Translations under genes and position numbers: made by a program
Notes under the pieces: model-generated
Databases searched by the model: none
Told to the model about the DNA's origin: nothing
The model's input: the letters and a program-made list of their open reading frames with translations, nothing else
Part shown: positions 25,788 through 35,103 of the stretch, piece after piece
How the letters are laid out: each line of letters begins with the position of its first letter
Position numbering within the stretch: the stretch's first letter is position 1
Source: Gemmatimonadota bacterium
Lineage (GTDB): Bacteria > Gemmatimonadota > Gemmatimonadetes > Longimicrobiales > Gaopeijiaceae
Assembly (NCBI GenBank): GCA_003562075.1
Contig: PWWP01000111.1
Location: 5,793-69,792 of the forward strand
Reading direction: 5' to 3'
DNA: 64,000 bases

Positions 25788-27626
25788 ATGTGCGGAATCG
25801 TCGGATACGTGGGACCGAAGAATGCCACGCCCATCCTGGTGGAAGGATTGAGGCGCCTGGAGTACCGCGGGTACGACTCGGCCGGCCTCACTGTTCTGGG
25901 AAAGGACGGGGCGGTCCAGACGCTCCGTCGTGCGGGAAAGCTGAAGGAGCTGGAGTCGGCGTTGAAGAGTGAGGCGCTCACGGGTCGGTGCGGCATCGGT
26001 CACACCCGCTGGGCCACCCACGGTCCGCCCACCCAGGGGAATGCCCATCCCCATCTCTCGGCCGACGGAAGTATTGCCCTGGTGCACAACGGGATCATCG
26101 AGAACGCCTCCACTCTCCGGAAGAAACTCCTGGAGGAGGGAGTGGAGTTTCAGAGCGACACCGACACCGAGGTGGTGGTCCACCTCATCGACCACCTCTG
26201 GCCCCAGGACGGATCGCTGGAGGACGCCGTGGTGGCAGCGCTGGAGCAGGTCATCGGCGCCTACGGGATCGCCGTGGTCAGCTCCCGAGATCCGGAGAAG
26301 ATCGTGGTGGCCCGCCAGGGATCTCCCCTCCTGCTGGGGGTGGGGAGCAACGGCGAGTTCCTGGTGGGGTCCGATGCGGCGGCGGTGGTGGCCCACACCC
26401 GTGAGGTGGTCTACCTGAATGACGGTGACTACGCCGTCCTGACTCCGGAGGGGTATCGGACCTACCATCTTCGCCAAGGCCCGGTGCAGAGACAGGTCCA
26501 CCAGGTCACCTGGGACCTGGCCGCCATCGAGAAGGGGGGCTTCGAGCACTTCATGTTGAAGGAGATCTTCGAGCAGCCCCGGACACTGGAGGACGTGACC
26601 CGGGGGCGACTCCTGGAAGAGGAGGGGTCGGCCCGCCTGGGGGGGATCACCCTGGACGACCGGGAGCTCCTTTCCATGGAGCGGATCGTCATCACGGCCT
26701 GCGGCACCTCGTGGCATTCGGCCCTCATCGGAGAGTACATGCTGGAGGAACTGGCTCGGATCCCCACCAAGGTGGAGTACGCCTCCGAGTTCCGGTACAA
26801 GAACCCGGTGGTGGACGACAAGACGCTGGTCATCGTGGTGAGCCAGTCCGGGGAGACCGCCGATACCCTGGCGGCCCTCCGGGAGGCGAAGCGTCGGGGG
26901 GCCCGGGTCATGGGGATCGTGAATGTGGTGGGGAGCACCATTGCCCGTGAGACCGACTTCGGGGTGTATCTCCACGCCGGACCGGAGATCGGGGTGGCCT
27001 CCACCAAGGCCTTTACGAGTCAGGTGGCGGCGCTGGCCCTCTTCACCCTCTACCTGGCCCGCCGGCGCAATCTCTCCATCCTGGAGGGGCGAAAGCTGGT
27101 GAAGGCGCTCCAGGCCCTCCCCGGCCAGGTGGCGGAAATCCTCAAGCACAATGACGAGATCCGGGAACTGGCCCGCCGGTACCAGGAGGCCCCAAACTTC
27201 CTGTATCTGGGACGGGGCTACCAGTTTCCGGTGGCACTGGAGGGGGCGCTGAAGCTGAAGGAGGTGAGCTACATCCACGCCGAGGGGTACCCGGCGGCAG
27301 AGATGAAGCACGGCCCCATCGCCCTCATCGATGAGAATATGCCGGTGGTGGTCCTGGCTCCCCACGATGGAGTCTACCACAAGATCATCTCCAATATCGA
27401 GGAGGTGAAGGCTCGAGATGGACAGATCATCGCCGTCATCAACGAGGGCTCGGATGAGCTGGACGGGAAGGTGGACCACTTCCTCCAGGTGCCCGAGACG
27501 CACCCGGCCCTCCTCCCCATCCTCACCTCCGTTCCCCTTCAGCTCCTGGCCTACCACATCGCCGTCCTCCGGGGTGCTGACGTGGACCAGCCCCGGAACC
27601 TGGCCAAGTCGGTGACGGTGGAATGA
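25788..27626 (+). CDS. glmS: Glutamine-fructose-6-phosphate aminotransferase
   Basis: N-terminal nucleophile is MCGIVGYVG. Two SIS domains are present, with the family C-terminus KSVTVE. 612 aa. Confidence 0.97.
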   Translation: MCGIVGYVGPKNATPILVEGLRRLEYRGYDSAGLTVLGKDGAVQTLRRAGKLKELESALKSEALTGRCGIGHTRWATHGPPTQGNAHPHLSADGSIALVHNGIIENASTLRKKLLEEGVEFQSDTDTEVVVHLIDHLWPQDGSLEDAVVAALEQVIGAYGIAVVSSRDPEKIVVARQGSPLLLGVGSNGEFLVGSDAAAVVAHTREVVYLNDGDYAVLTPEGYRTYHLRQGPVQRQVHQVTWDLAAIEKGGFEHFMLKEIFEQPRTLEDVTRGRLLEEEGSARLGGITLDDRELLSMERIVITACGTSWHSALIGEYMLEELARIPTKVEYASEFRYKNPVVDDKTLVIVVSQSGETADTLAALREAKRRGARVMGIVNVVGSTIARETDFGVYLHAGPEIGVASTKAFTSQVAALALFTLYLARRRNLSILEGRKLVKALQALPGQVAEILKHNDEIRELARRYQEAPNFLYLGRGYQFPVALEGALKLKEVSYIHAEGYPAAEMKHGPIALIDENMPVVVLAPHDGVYHKIISNIEEVKARDGQIIAVINEGSDELDGKVDHFLQVPETHPALLPILTSVPLQLLAYHIAVLRGADVDQPRNLAKSVTVE

Positions 27627-28090
27627 GGGTCCTGCTCCAACGGGTCTCGGAGGCCTCGGTCCGGATCGATGGGGAAGTCTCGGGGGCCATCGGGAAGGGT
27701 CTCCTCCTCCTGGTGGGCTTCACTGAGGGGGATGTGGAAGAGGACCTGGAGTGGATGGCAGACAAGGTGGCGGGGCTTCGGATCTTCCGGGACGCAGAAG
27801 GTCGGATGAACGAGCCCCTGTCCGCCGTGGACGGGAGCATTCTGGTGGTGAGCCAGTTCACCCTCTATGGTGACACCCGAAAGGGGCGACGCCCCTCCTT
27901 CGTGAAGGCTGCCCAGCCGGACGCAGCCATCCCCCTCTACGACCGATTCGTGGCGCTCCTGAAGGACCGGAGCCCGGGAGCTGTGGAAACGGGGGAGTTC
28001 GGGGCCATGATGGATGTCCACCTGGTGAACGACGGTCCCGTGACCCTCATGCTGGAGCGGGGGCCCAGCGGGAGCCCGGAGGGAGGGTGA
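27623..28090 (+). CDS. dtd: D-aminoacyl-tRNA deacylase
   Basis: Motifs MRVLLQRV, SQFTLYGD and NDGPVT are present. ATGA overlap with the glmS stop. Confidence 0.9.
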   Translation: MRVLLQRVSEASVRIDGEVSGAIGKGLLLLVGFTEGDVEEDLEWMADKVAGLRIFRDAEGRMNEPLSAVDGSILVVSQFTLYGDTRKGRRPSFVKAAQPDAAIPLYDRFVALLKDRSPGAVETGEFGAMMDVHLVNDGPVTLMLERGPSGSPEGG

Positions 28091-28665
28091 CCCCTCCCGA
28101 GCTCATCCTGGCCTCGGCTTCGCCCCGGCGGGCGGAGATTCTCCGAACCCTGGGGCTGCGCCACCGGGTGATCCCTGCGGACATCCAGGAGGACGCCCTC
28201 GCCAGTGAGTCTGCGGAGGAGGGCGTGGAGCGTCTTGCCAGGGAAAAGGCTCATGCCGTGGCCAGTGGACACCGGGGATCCTGGGTCCTGGCCGGGGACA
28301 CCATCGTGCTCCGGGACGGGGTGCTCCTGGGGAAACCCGGCGGGCAGGAGGAAGCTGTGGCGATGCTCCTCTCCCTGGCCGGCCGCACCCATGAGGTGGC
28401 ATCGGGCTTGGCGCTGGTGACTCCGGAGGGTGTGGGGAGTGGGGTCCAGGTCACCCAGGTCAGGTTTCGATCGTTCGATGTGGCGTTGGCTCGAGCCTAC
28501 GTGGCCACCGGGGAACCCATGGACAAGGCCGGCGGGTACGGAATACAGGGGAAGGGAGGGGCGCTGGTGGAAGAGATCCGGGGTGACTACTCAGGCGTGG
28601 TCGGTCTTCCCATTCCCCTCCTGGTCCGGCTCCTGGGAGAAGCGGGCCGACCGTATCGCTTCTGA
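28087..28665 (+). CDS. maf: Maf-family nucleoside triphosphate pyrophosphatase
   Basis: Motifs LILASASPRRAEIL and KAGGYGIQG are present. GTGA overlap with the dtd stop. Confidence 0.85.
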   Translation: MTPPELILASASPRRAEILRTLGLRHRVIPADIQEDALASESAEEGVERLAREKAHAVASGHRGSWVLAGDTIVLRDGVLLGKPGGQEEAVAMLLSLAGRTHEVASGLALVTPEGVGSGVQVTQVRFRSFDVALARAYVATGEPMDKAGGYGIQGKGGALVEEIRGDYSGVVGLPIPLLVRLLGEAGRPYRF

Positions 28666-28743
28666 TCCCTCACCGTTCTCTTCCCCACCTCGCCCGAAGA
28701 ACCCACCGCTCCATCCCCACCAACCCATCACAGGAGAAGTCCC

Positions 28744-30258
28744 ATGGGCGCCACCCCCGCCATCCTCTCGCTGGATCAGGGAACCACAGGGACCACGGCC
28801 ATGGTGGTGTCCCGGGACGGACGGGTCCTGGGCCGGGCCTACTCGGAGTTCACCCAGCACTTTCCGCAGGGAGGTTGGGTAGAGCACGACGCCCAGGAGA
28901 TCCAGGAGGTGACGATCCGAGTGGCCCGGGGCGCGCTGGAGGAAGCCCGGAACCTGGAGCCCCATCGGGTCCAGGGGATCGGGATCACCAACCAGCGGGA
29001 GACCATCGTGGTCTGGGACCGGGAAACGGGTCGGCCCGTCCACCGGGCCATCGTCTGGCAGGACCGTCGCACGGCCTCCATCTGTCGGGAGTTGAAGAAG
29101 GGAGGCCACGAGCAGGAGGTGCGGGAGCGGACCGGCCTCCTCCTGGATCCCTACTTCTCCGGGACCAAGCTGACCTGGCTCTTTCGGGAGAAGCCTGAGC
29201 TCCGGCGGCGGGCCGAGGCCGGGGAATTGGCCTGCGGTACCATCGACAGTTGGCTCATCCACTGCCTCACCGGCGGGGCGGTCCACGCCACCGATCCCAC
29301 GAATGCTTCCCGGACCCTCCTCTACGATCTCCACCGGCACGCGTGGAGTCCGGAGATGGCCGGGATCCTCGAAGTGCCGGAGCGCCTTCTGCCCGAGGTG
29401 CGGCCCAGCTCCGGTGACTTCGGGGTGGCGCTGGGGGAGCATCTGGGAGTGGAAGCACCCATCGGAGGGGTGGCGGGCGATCAGCAGGCGGCACTCTTTG
29501 GCCAGGGGTGCTGGAAGGAGGGGCTGGCCAAGAATACCTATGGTACCGGAGCCTTCCTTCTCCTTCACACCGGGCAGGACCCGGTAATGTCCGAGCACGG
29601 ACTCCTGACCACTGTGGCCTGCGACGCCCAGGGCAAGACTGCCTACGCCCTGGAGGGGTCCATCTTCGTGGCAGGTGCCGCAATCCAGTGGCTTCGGGAT
29701 CAGCTGGGAATCCTGGCTGAAGCTCCGGACTCGGAGGCCATGGCCCGCTCGTTGGAGGGGAACGCCGGGGTGTACTTCGTTCCTGCCTTCGTGGGATTGG
29801 GTGCGCCCCACTGGGATCCGGAAGTCCGAGGCGCCCTCTTCGGTCTGACCCGTGGGACAGCCGACACCCACCTCGTGCGAGCGGCGCTGGAGGCCATGGC
29901 CTATAGCACCGAGGATGTCCTTCGTGCCCAGGAAGCCGACTCGGAGGTTGAAGCCCGGGAGCTCCGGGCCGACGGGGGCGCAGCGGAGAACGACTGGCTC
30001 ATGCAGTTCCAGGCCGATCTCCTGGGGATTCCCGTGCGCCGACCGGCGTTGGTGGAGACGACGGCTCTGGGCGCTGCCGGTCTGGCCGGACTCCACACAG
30101 GCCTGTGGTCATCAGGAGAAGAGTTCCTGGCGGCCCAGGGCGAGCCCAGGATCTTCCGGCCCCACATGTCGGAGGCTCAACGGACCCGCCTCCGGACAGG
30201 GTGGCGGCGGGCCGTGGATGCGGCTCGCGCCTTCACTGCTTCCGAGACAGGAGATTGA
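28744..30258 (+). CDS. glpK: Glycerol kinase
   Basis: 504 aa with LSLDQGTTGTTA, GITNQRETIVVWD and the FGGY family pattern. Confidence 0.95.
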   Translation: MGATPAILSLDQGTTGTTAMVVSRDGRVLGRAYSEFTQHFPQGGWVEHDAQEIQEVTIRVARGALEEARNLEPHRVQGIGITNQRETIVVWDRETGRPVHRAIVWQDRRTASICRELKKGGHEQEVRERTGLLLDPYFSGTKLTWLFREKPELRRRAEAGELACGTIDSWLIHCLTGGAVHATDPTNASRTLLYDLHRHAWSPEMAGILEVPERLLPEVRPSSGDFGVALGEHLGVEAPIGGVAGDQQAALFGQGCWKEGLAKNTYGTGAFLLLHTGQDPVMSEHGLLTTVACDAQGKTAYALEGSIFVAGAAIQWLRDQLGILAEAPDSEAMARSLEGNAGVYFVPAFVGLGAPHWDPEVRGALFGLTRGTADTHLVRAALEAMAYSTEDVLRAQEADSEVEARELRADGGAAENDWLMQFQADLLGIPVRRPALVETTALGAAGLAGLHTGLWSSGEEFLAAQGEPRIFRPHMSEAQRTRLRTGWRRAVDAARAFTASETGD

Positions 30259-30333
30259 ACCGTGTGGCCGGTGTGGGTAGATTCCGGGTCCAGCAGTTGA
30301 CCCATCGAAGTTGCTCTTTCCCCGGAGTCCCTC

Positions 30334-30873
30334 ATGAGCAGGGATAGACGGTTTTTTGCAGGTCTGGTCGGTGTGGCCGCCATCGTTACGTGGTTGGTCT
30401 GGACCGGCATCTCAGACACCATGGTGTACTACCTCACCCCGGCTGAACTCATGGAGCGGGCGGAAAGCGCCCCCGAGATGATGGAGCAGGGGGTGAAGGT
30501 GAGTGGCGACGTGCTGCCGGGGAGCTATGCTCCCTCCTCTGATGAACTCCTCCACACCTTCGTGGTCCTGGATCCGGACGATCCGGAGATCCAGCTGACG
30601 GTGCATTTCCGTCATCCCCTTCCGGACACCTTCACCGATGAAGCGGAGGTGGTCATGGAAGGGCGGTACGCAGGGAACGGGGTGTTCGAGGCCACCGAAG
30701 TGCTGACCAAGTGCGGGAGCCGCTACGAGGCTCTTCCGGAGGAGATGTACGACGGGGCGGGTGATTACGGCGACGGCTATCCGGGCGGTGGTGACGGGGG
30801 GTACGGCGGCTACGGTGAGGGTGCCGGCGAGTACGGCGACCCTGAGTCAGGAGCCGGGGGAGGCCCGGGGTGA
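30334..30873 (+). CDS. ccmE: Cytochrome c maturation heme chaperone CcmE, CxxxY variant, with Gly/Tyr/Asp-rich tail
   Basis: N-terminal TM anchor followed by an OB-fold-like body (VKVSGDV). LTKCGSRY (Cys127, Tyr131; nt 30712-30726) sits where canonical CcmE has LAKHDxxY. Confidence 0.8.
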   Translation: MSRDRRFFAGLVGVAAIVTWLVWTGISDTMVYYLTPAELMERAESAPEMMEQGVKVSGDVLPGSYAPSSDELLHTFVVLDPDDPEIQLTVHFRHPLPDTFTDEAEVVMEGRYAGNGVFEATEVLTKCGSRYEALPEEMYDGAGDYGDGYPGGGDGGYGGYGEGAGEYGDPESGAGGGPG

Positions 30874-33011
30874 TCCCCACGCTGGGCGAATTCGCGCTCT
30901 GGATCGCTCTCCCGATCTCGATCTGGGGGGGCGTTCTTGCTTTCCTCGGCGGACGTTGGGGGCGGGGGGATCTGGTCCTTTCGGCCGAGCGGAGCGTGCA
31001 CGCCGTCTTCCTCCTCCTGGCCGTGGCTTCTGCCGGTGTGGTGGCGGCCTTTCTGGGGGATCGCTTCGATTACTGGTATGTCTCCAATTATTCCAGTCGG
31101 AACCTGGAGACCTATTTCAAGGTGTCGGGGCTCTGGGCGGGACAGCGGGGGTCTCTCCTCTTCTGGGCCCTGAATCTTGGGTTCTTCTCCTCCCTGGCCG
31201 TGTGGCTGAACCGGAAGAAGAACCGGGAGCTGATGCCGTACGTGTCCGGGATCCTCCTGGTGATCCTGGCCTTCTTCATCGTCATCACCCTCTTCATCAC
31301 ACCGCCCTTCGAGCGCCTCCCCTTCACTCCCCAGGATGATCGGGGCCTGAATCCGCAGCTCCAGAACTACTGGATGACGATTCACCCCCCGACGCTGTAT
31401 CTGGGATTCACGGCTTTCACCATTCCCTTTGCCTTTGCCGTGGCGGCCCTCCTGTCCGGACGACTGGACGCCCGGTGGATCCAGATCACCCGGAAGTGGG
31501 TCCTGACGAGCTGGTTCTTCCTGACACTGGGGATCGTCTTCGGGATGCGGTGGGCCTACGAGGAACTGGGGTGGGGTGGCTACTGGTTCTGGGATCCGGT
31601 GGAGAATGCGTCCCTCCTCCCCTGGATCGTGGCCACCGCCTTCCTCCATTCGGTGATCATCCAGGAGACCCGGGGAATGCTGAAGATCTGGAACATGACG
31701 TTGGTCTGCCTGACCTTCATCATGACCATCTTCGCCACCTTCCTGACGCGCTCCGGCCTCATCGAGTCGGTTCATTCCTTCGCCCTGAGCCTGGATATCG
31801 CATATACCTTCCTGGGCTTCATGGTGGTGACGGCCATCGCCTGCCTGGTGTTGATCCTCTGGCGGCTTCCCGAGCTGCGCAGCGACCGGCAATTTGAGTC
31901 CTTCCTTTCCCGTGAGTCTGCCTTCCTCCTGAACAATCTGGTGCTCCTGGGCGCCGGCTTCGCCGTCCTCTGGGGGACCATGTTCCCCCTCCTCACCGAA
32001 GGGCTGACGGGAACGAAGGTCTCGGTGGGGCCTCCCTTCTTCAATCAGGTCAATATCCCCATCGGGCTGATCCTCCTGGCTCTCATGGGGATTGGACCCG
32101 TCATCGCCTGGCGACGGGCCAGCGCTCGGAATCTGAGGAAGAACTTCGTCCTCCCCACCGGAATCGGGTTGGTGGTGGCTGGGATCCTTCTGGCTCTCGG
32201 GGTCCGGCACCTCTATGCCATCCTCACCTTCGCCATCGGTGCCTTCGTCCTGGCCGTCATCGTCATCGAGTTCTGGAAGGGGACCCGGGCCCGTGCTCGC
32301 ATCGAATCGGAGAACCTGCCGGTGGCTTTCCTCCACCTGGTCCGACGGAATCGCCGGCGCTGGGGGGGATACATGGTCCATGTGGGTGTGGTGGTCATGT
32401 TCATGGGCTTCGCCGGAGCGGCCTTCGACACCGAGGTCAGGCAGTCCCTCATCCCAGGTGAGTCGGTGACGGTTCCGTCGGCCTTCGGCCACGAGTACAC
32501 CCTCACCTACGAAGGACTCTCCACTGCCCGAGGGCAGAACATGTGGCAGTGGATCGCCCTCATGCGGGTGGAGCGGGACGGCGAACCCCTGGGGACCATG
32601 ACGACGGAGCGACGGTTCTACGAGGCTCCGCCCCAACCCATGACCGAGGTGGGGATCCGGTCCACCTTCACCGAGGACCTGTACGTCATCCTCTCGACGC
32701 TGGACGAGCAGGTGGGAATGGGGAATGAGCCCCAGTTCCAGCGGGCCACCTTCCAGGTCCAGGTGAACCCCCTCGTACCGTGGATCTGGTATGGTGGGCT
32801 GGTCATCGCCATCGGAACCCTGATTGCCATGTGGCCTGGCGGCCCCATCCCGGGCCACCGTCCTGGGTCTTCCAGCCCGGGGATTGGCCGAAAGGAGGCC
32901 ACTCCTTCCGGTGGAGGTGGGGATGGAGGGAGTGACGGTTCGATGGGCGAGCCGGCCGGAGGGGACGGGAGCTCCCATCCTCCGGCAGGTACCCCTGCAG
33001 GGGTGGGCTGA
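30870..33011 (+). CDS. ccmF: Cytochrome c heme lyase subunit CcmF
   Basis: 713 aa polytopic membrane protein with the WWD motif WGGYWFWDPVEN. GTGA overlap with ccmE. Confidence 0.9.
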   Translation: MIPTLGEFALWIALPISIWGGVLAFLGGRWGRGDLVLSAERSVHAVFLLLAVASAGVVAAFLGDRFDYWYVSNYSSRNLETYFKVSGLWAGQRGSLLFWALNLGFFSSLAVWLNRKKNRELMPYVSGILLVILAFFIVITLFITPPFERLPFTPQDDRGLNPQLQNYWMTIHPPTLYLGFTAFTIPFAFAVAALLSGRLDARWIQITRKWVLTSWFFLTLGIVFGMRWAYEELGWGGYWFWDPVENASLLPWIVATAFLHSVIIQETRGMLKIWNMTLVCLTFIMTIFATFLTRSGLIESVHSFALSLDIAYTFLGFMVVTAIACLVLILWRLPELRSDRQFESFLSRESAFLLNNLVLLGAGFAVLWGTMFPLLTEGLTGTKVSVGPPFFNQVNIPIGLILLALMGIGPVIAWRRASARNLRKNFVLPTGIGLVVAGILLALGVRHLYAILTFAIGAFVLAVIVIEFWKGTRARARIESENLPVAFLHLVRRNRRRWGGYMVHVGVVVMFMGFAGAAFDTEVRQSLIPGESVTVPSAFGHEYTLTYEGLSTARGQNMWQWIALMRVERDGEPLGTMTTERRFYEAPPQPMTEVGIRSTFTEDLYVILSTLDEQVGMGNEPQFQRATFQVQVNPLVPWIWYGGLVIAIGTLIAMWPGGPIPGHRPGSSSPGIGRKEATPSGGGGDGGSDGSMGEPAGGDGSSHPPAGTPAGVG

Positions 33012-33592
33012 TGGGACTGGCACTGGGCATCGTTCTGGCCACGGCCGTGGTCTTCTGGATCCTTCACCCGGTGGTAGCGGGCCTGGAGGCCCCTATGGAG
33101 CGGGACGACGAGGAGCTTACGGAGGCCCAGCATCGGAAGCGCGTAGCCCTCTTGGCCCTCCGGGATGTGGAATACGACTTTCACGCCGGGAAGCTGGGCG
33201 AAGAGGACTATCGGAGCATGAAGCGGGAGATCTCCGGTGAGGCCCTGGATGCCCTGGATGCCGAGGCCCAGGAGTGGGCGGTTCGGGAGGGACGGCGGGC
33301 CGCCCAGGCTGCCACCGGGCAGGGCGGGCCGGATCGGGCCGCCGTGGAGGCGGAGATCGAAGCGCTCCGGGACCGGCTTCGGGAGGGGGCGGTCTGCCGG
33401 GAGTGTGGCCACCCGAATCCCAGGGGAAGCCGATTCTGCGGGGAGTGCGGTGGGGCCCTCCCGGAGATGGGAATCGGGTCTGCTGAGGCCGACTCCGCTT
33501 CGCCAGGATCCAAACCATCGGCGACCTCTGCGGCCGGGCAGTCGGAATCCAGCGGGTCCGGGCAGACGGACTCCCGTCCTCCCGACGCCTGA
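33011..33592 (+). CDS. Membrane-anchored protein with CcmI-N-like helical segment and C-terminal zinc ribbon
   Basis: 193 aa. It has one N-terminal TM, then LALRDVEYDFHAGKLGEEDYRSMKREI (reminiscent of the CcmI/CycH N-terminal module), then CRECGHPNPRGSRFCGECG. The start overlaps the ccmF stop (TGATG). Confidence 0.4.
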   Translation: MGLALGIVLATAVVFWILHPVVAGLEAPMERDDEELTEAQHRKRVALLALRDVEYDFHAGKLGEEDYRSMKREISGEALDALDAEAQEWAVREGRRAAQAATGQGGPDRAAVEAEIEALRDRLREGAVCRECGHPNPRGSRFCGECGGALPEMGIGSAEADSASPGSKPSATSAAGQSESSGSGQTDSRPPDA

Positions 33593-33604
33593 CCAGGGGG
33601 CCGG

Positions 33605-34423
33605 TTGTCGGAGTACGCCCCTCGGCCTCCGGTTCCGCCGCTTTCCCACGCCATGGCCCACGGAGGTGCGGATTCTGGAGGGAGGAACAGGGCGGATGAC
33701 CCGGGTCCCACGCCTTTGCTGGAGGCTCGGGAACTGGCCCGGAGCTTCGGGCCGGTCCGGGCCGTAGATCAGGTCTCCTTCCAGCTCTTGCCCGGTGAGG
33801 TCATGACCGTCCTGGGTCCCAACGGGGCAGGGAAGACCACGCTCCTGGCCATGTTGGGTGGCTCTCTCCAGCCCGACGCCGGAGCCATCCACTTTCGAGG
33901 ACAGCCCCGAGACCCTGGAGAGACTTCCTGGCGTCGAGAGGTGGGAGTGCTGTCTCATCGGACCTTCCTCTACGGCCCACTCACTGCGAGGGAAAACCTT
34001 CGGTTCTACGGAGGGCTCTACAAGGTCCCGGACCTGGACGATGCGGTGGTGCAGGGGCTGGAAGGGGTGGAGATGCTGGAGTATGCCGATCGGCCCGTCC
34101 GGGATTTTTCCCGGGGGATGCGCCAGCGGGTGGCGTTGGCCCGGACCCTCCTCCACGATCCGGCACTCGTTCTCCTGGACGAGCCCTTCACCGGGTTGGA
34201 CGTCCACGCCTCCAGCCTCCTAAGGGATGTTCTCACCCGCCTCCGGGACGGAGCCCGGACGGTGGTCCTGGTGACCCACAATCTGGCCCAGGGACTGTCG
34301 CTGGCGGATCGGGTGGCCATCCAGGTCCGGGGGCGCTTTGCCTTCCTGGGCCGCCGGGATCAGCTTCCTGCCGGGGACGAAGAGCGCTTCTACCGGACGT
34401 TGGTGGAGGGTGAACGTTCATGA
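33605..34423 (+). CDS. ccmA: Heme exporter ABC ATPase CcmA (start uncertain: TTG 33605 or ATG 33653)
   Basis: Walker A is GPNGAGKTT. The signature-like motif is FSRGMRQRVALAR and Walker B is LVLLDEP. The gene precedes ccmB. Confidence 0.8.
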   Translation: MSEYAPRPPVPPLSHAMAHGGADSGGRNRADDPGPTPLLEARELARSFGPVRAVDQVSFQLLPGEVMTVLGPNGAGKTTLLAMLGGSLQPDAGAIHFRGQPRDPGETSWRREVGVLSHRTFLYGPLTARENLRFYGGLYKVPDLDDAVVQGLEGVEMLEYADRPVRDFSRGMRQRVALARTLLHDPALVLLDEPFTGLDVHASSLLRDVLTRLRDGARTVVLVTHNLAQGLSLADRVAIQVRGRFAFLGRRDQLPAGDEERFYRTLVEGERS

Positions 34424-35100
34424 CGGCCTATCTCCGGTTGGTCCTTCTCATTGCCGGAAAGGATCTGCGAGTCGAGTTCCGGACCCGGGAGCGGGTAGCT
34501 GCCATGGGCGCCTTCGTGGTCCTGACCGCCATCCTCTTCAACTATGCGGTGGACCGAACCGTCATCCATCCAAGGGAGCTGGCTGCCGGCCTCATCTGGA
34601 TCGTCATCGTGCTGGCCGGGCTCCTGGGGCTGGGGCGTACCTTCGAACTGGAGAAGGAGGATGGGGCCCTCCAGGGGTTGCTGGTGGCACCGGTTCCCCG
34701 GGATGCTCTCTACCTGGGAAAGGTCCTGTCCAATTCGGTGATTCTACTGGCCGTGGTGGGCCTCACGGTAGGCGTCTTCGCCTTCTTCTTCCAGGTGACG
34801 ATCCCCGGGAATCCCCTCCCCCTGGCCGGGGTGCTTCTGACGGGGACGGTGGGGTTCGTGGCCCTGGGGACACTGTTCAGCGGAATCACGGCAGGGACCC
34901 GGATGGGCGAGACCCTCCTTCCTCTTCTCCTCTTCCCCCTTCTGGTGCCTCTCATCACCTTTGGGGCAGCATCCACGGCCCACCTCCTGGCGGGTTTCCC
35001 GCCTGGGGAGTCGGCATACACTCTGAGGATCCTGATCGCCTTCACCCTGGTTGCGCTGACAGCCGGTGCGGGGCTCTTCCGGTTCATCGTCGAGGACTGA
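34420..35100 (+). CDS. ccmB: Heme exporter membrane protein CcmB
   Basis: 226 aa with about 6 TM helices. ATGA overlap with ccmA. It sits between ccmA and ccmC. Confidence 0.8.
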   Translation: MTAYLRLVLLIAGKDLRVEFRTRERVAAMGAFVVLTAILFNYAVDRTVIHPRELAAGLIWIVIVLAGLLGLGRTFELEKEDGALQGLLVAPVPRDALYLGKVLSNSVILLAVVGLTVGVFAFFFQVTIPGNPLPLAGVLLTGTVGFVALGTLFSGITAGTRMGETLLPLLLFPLLVPLITFGAASTAHLLAGFPPGESAYTLRILIAFTLVALTAGAGLFRFIVED

Positions 35101-35103
35101 AGC

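Noticed and set aside
25752-27557. 601-aa minus-strand ORF
   Set aside because: It is antisense to glmS, which is unambiguous.
30810-33023. 737-aa minus-strand ORF. The 501-aa ORF 28591..30096 opposite glpK is a similar case.
   Set aside because: It is antisense to ccmF (WWD motif, polytopic). The translation is Gly/Pro/Arg/Asp-rich with no hydrophobic core pattern.
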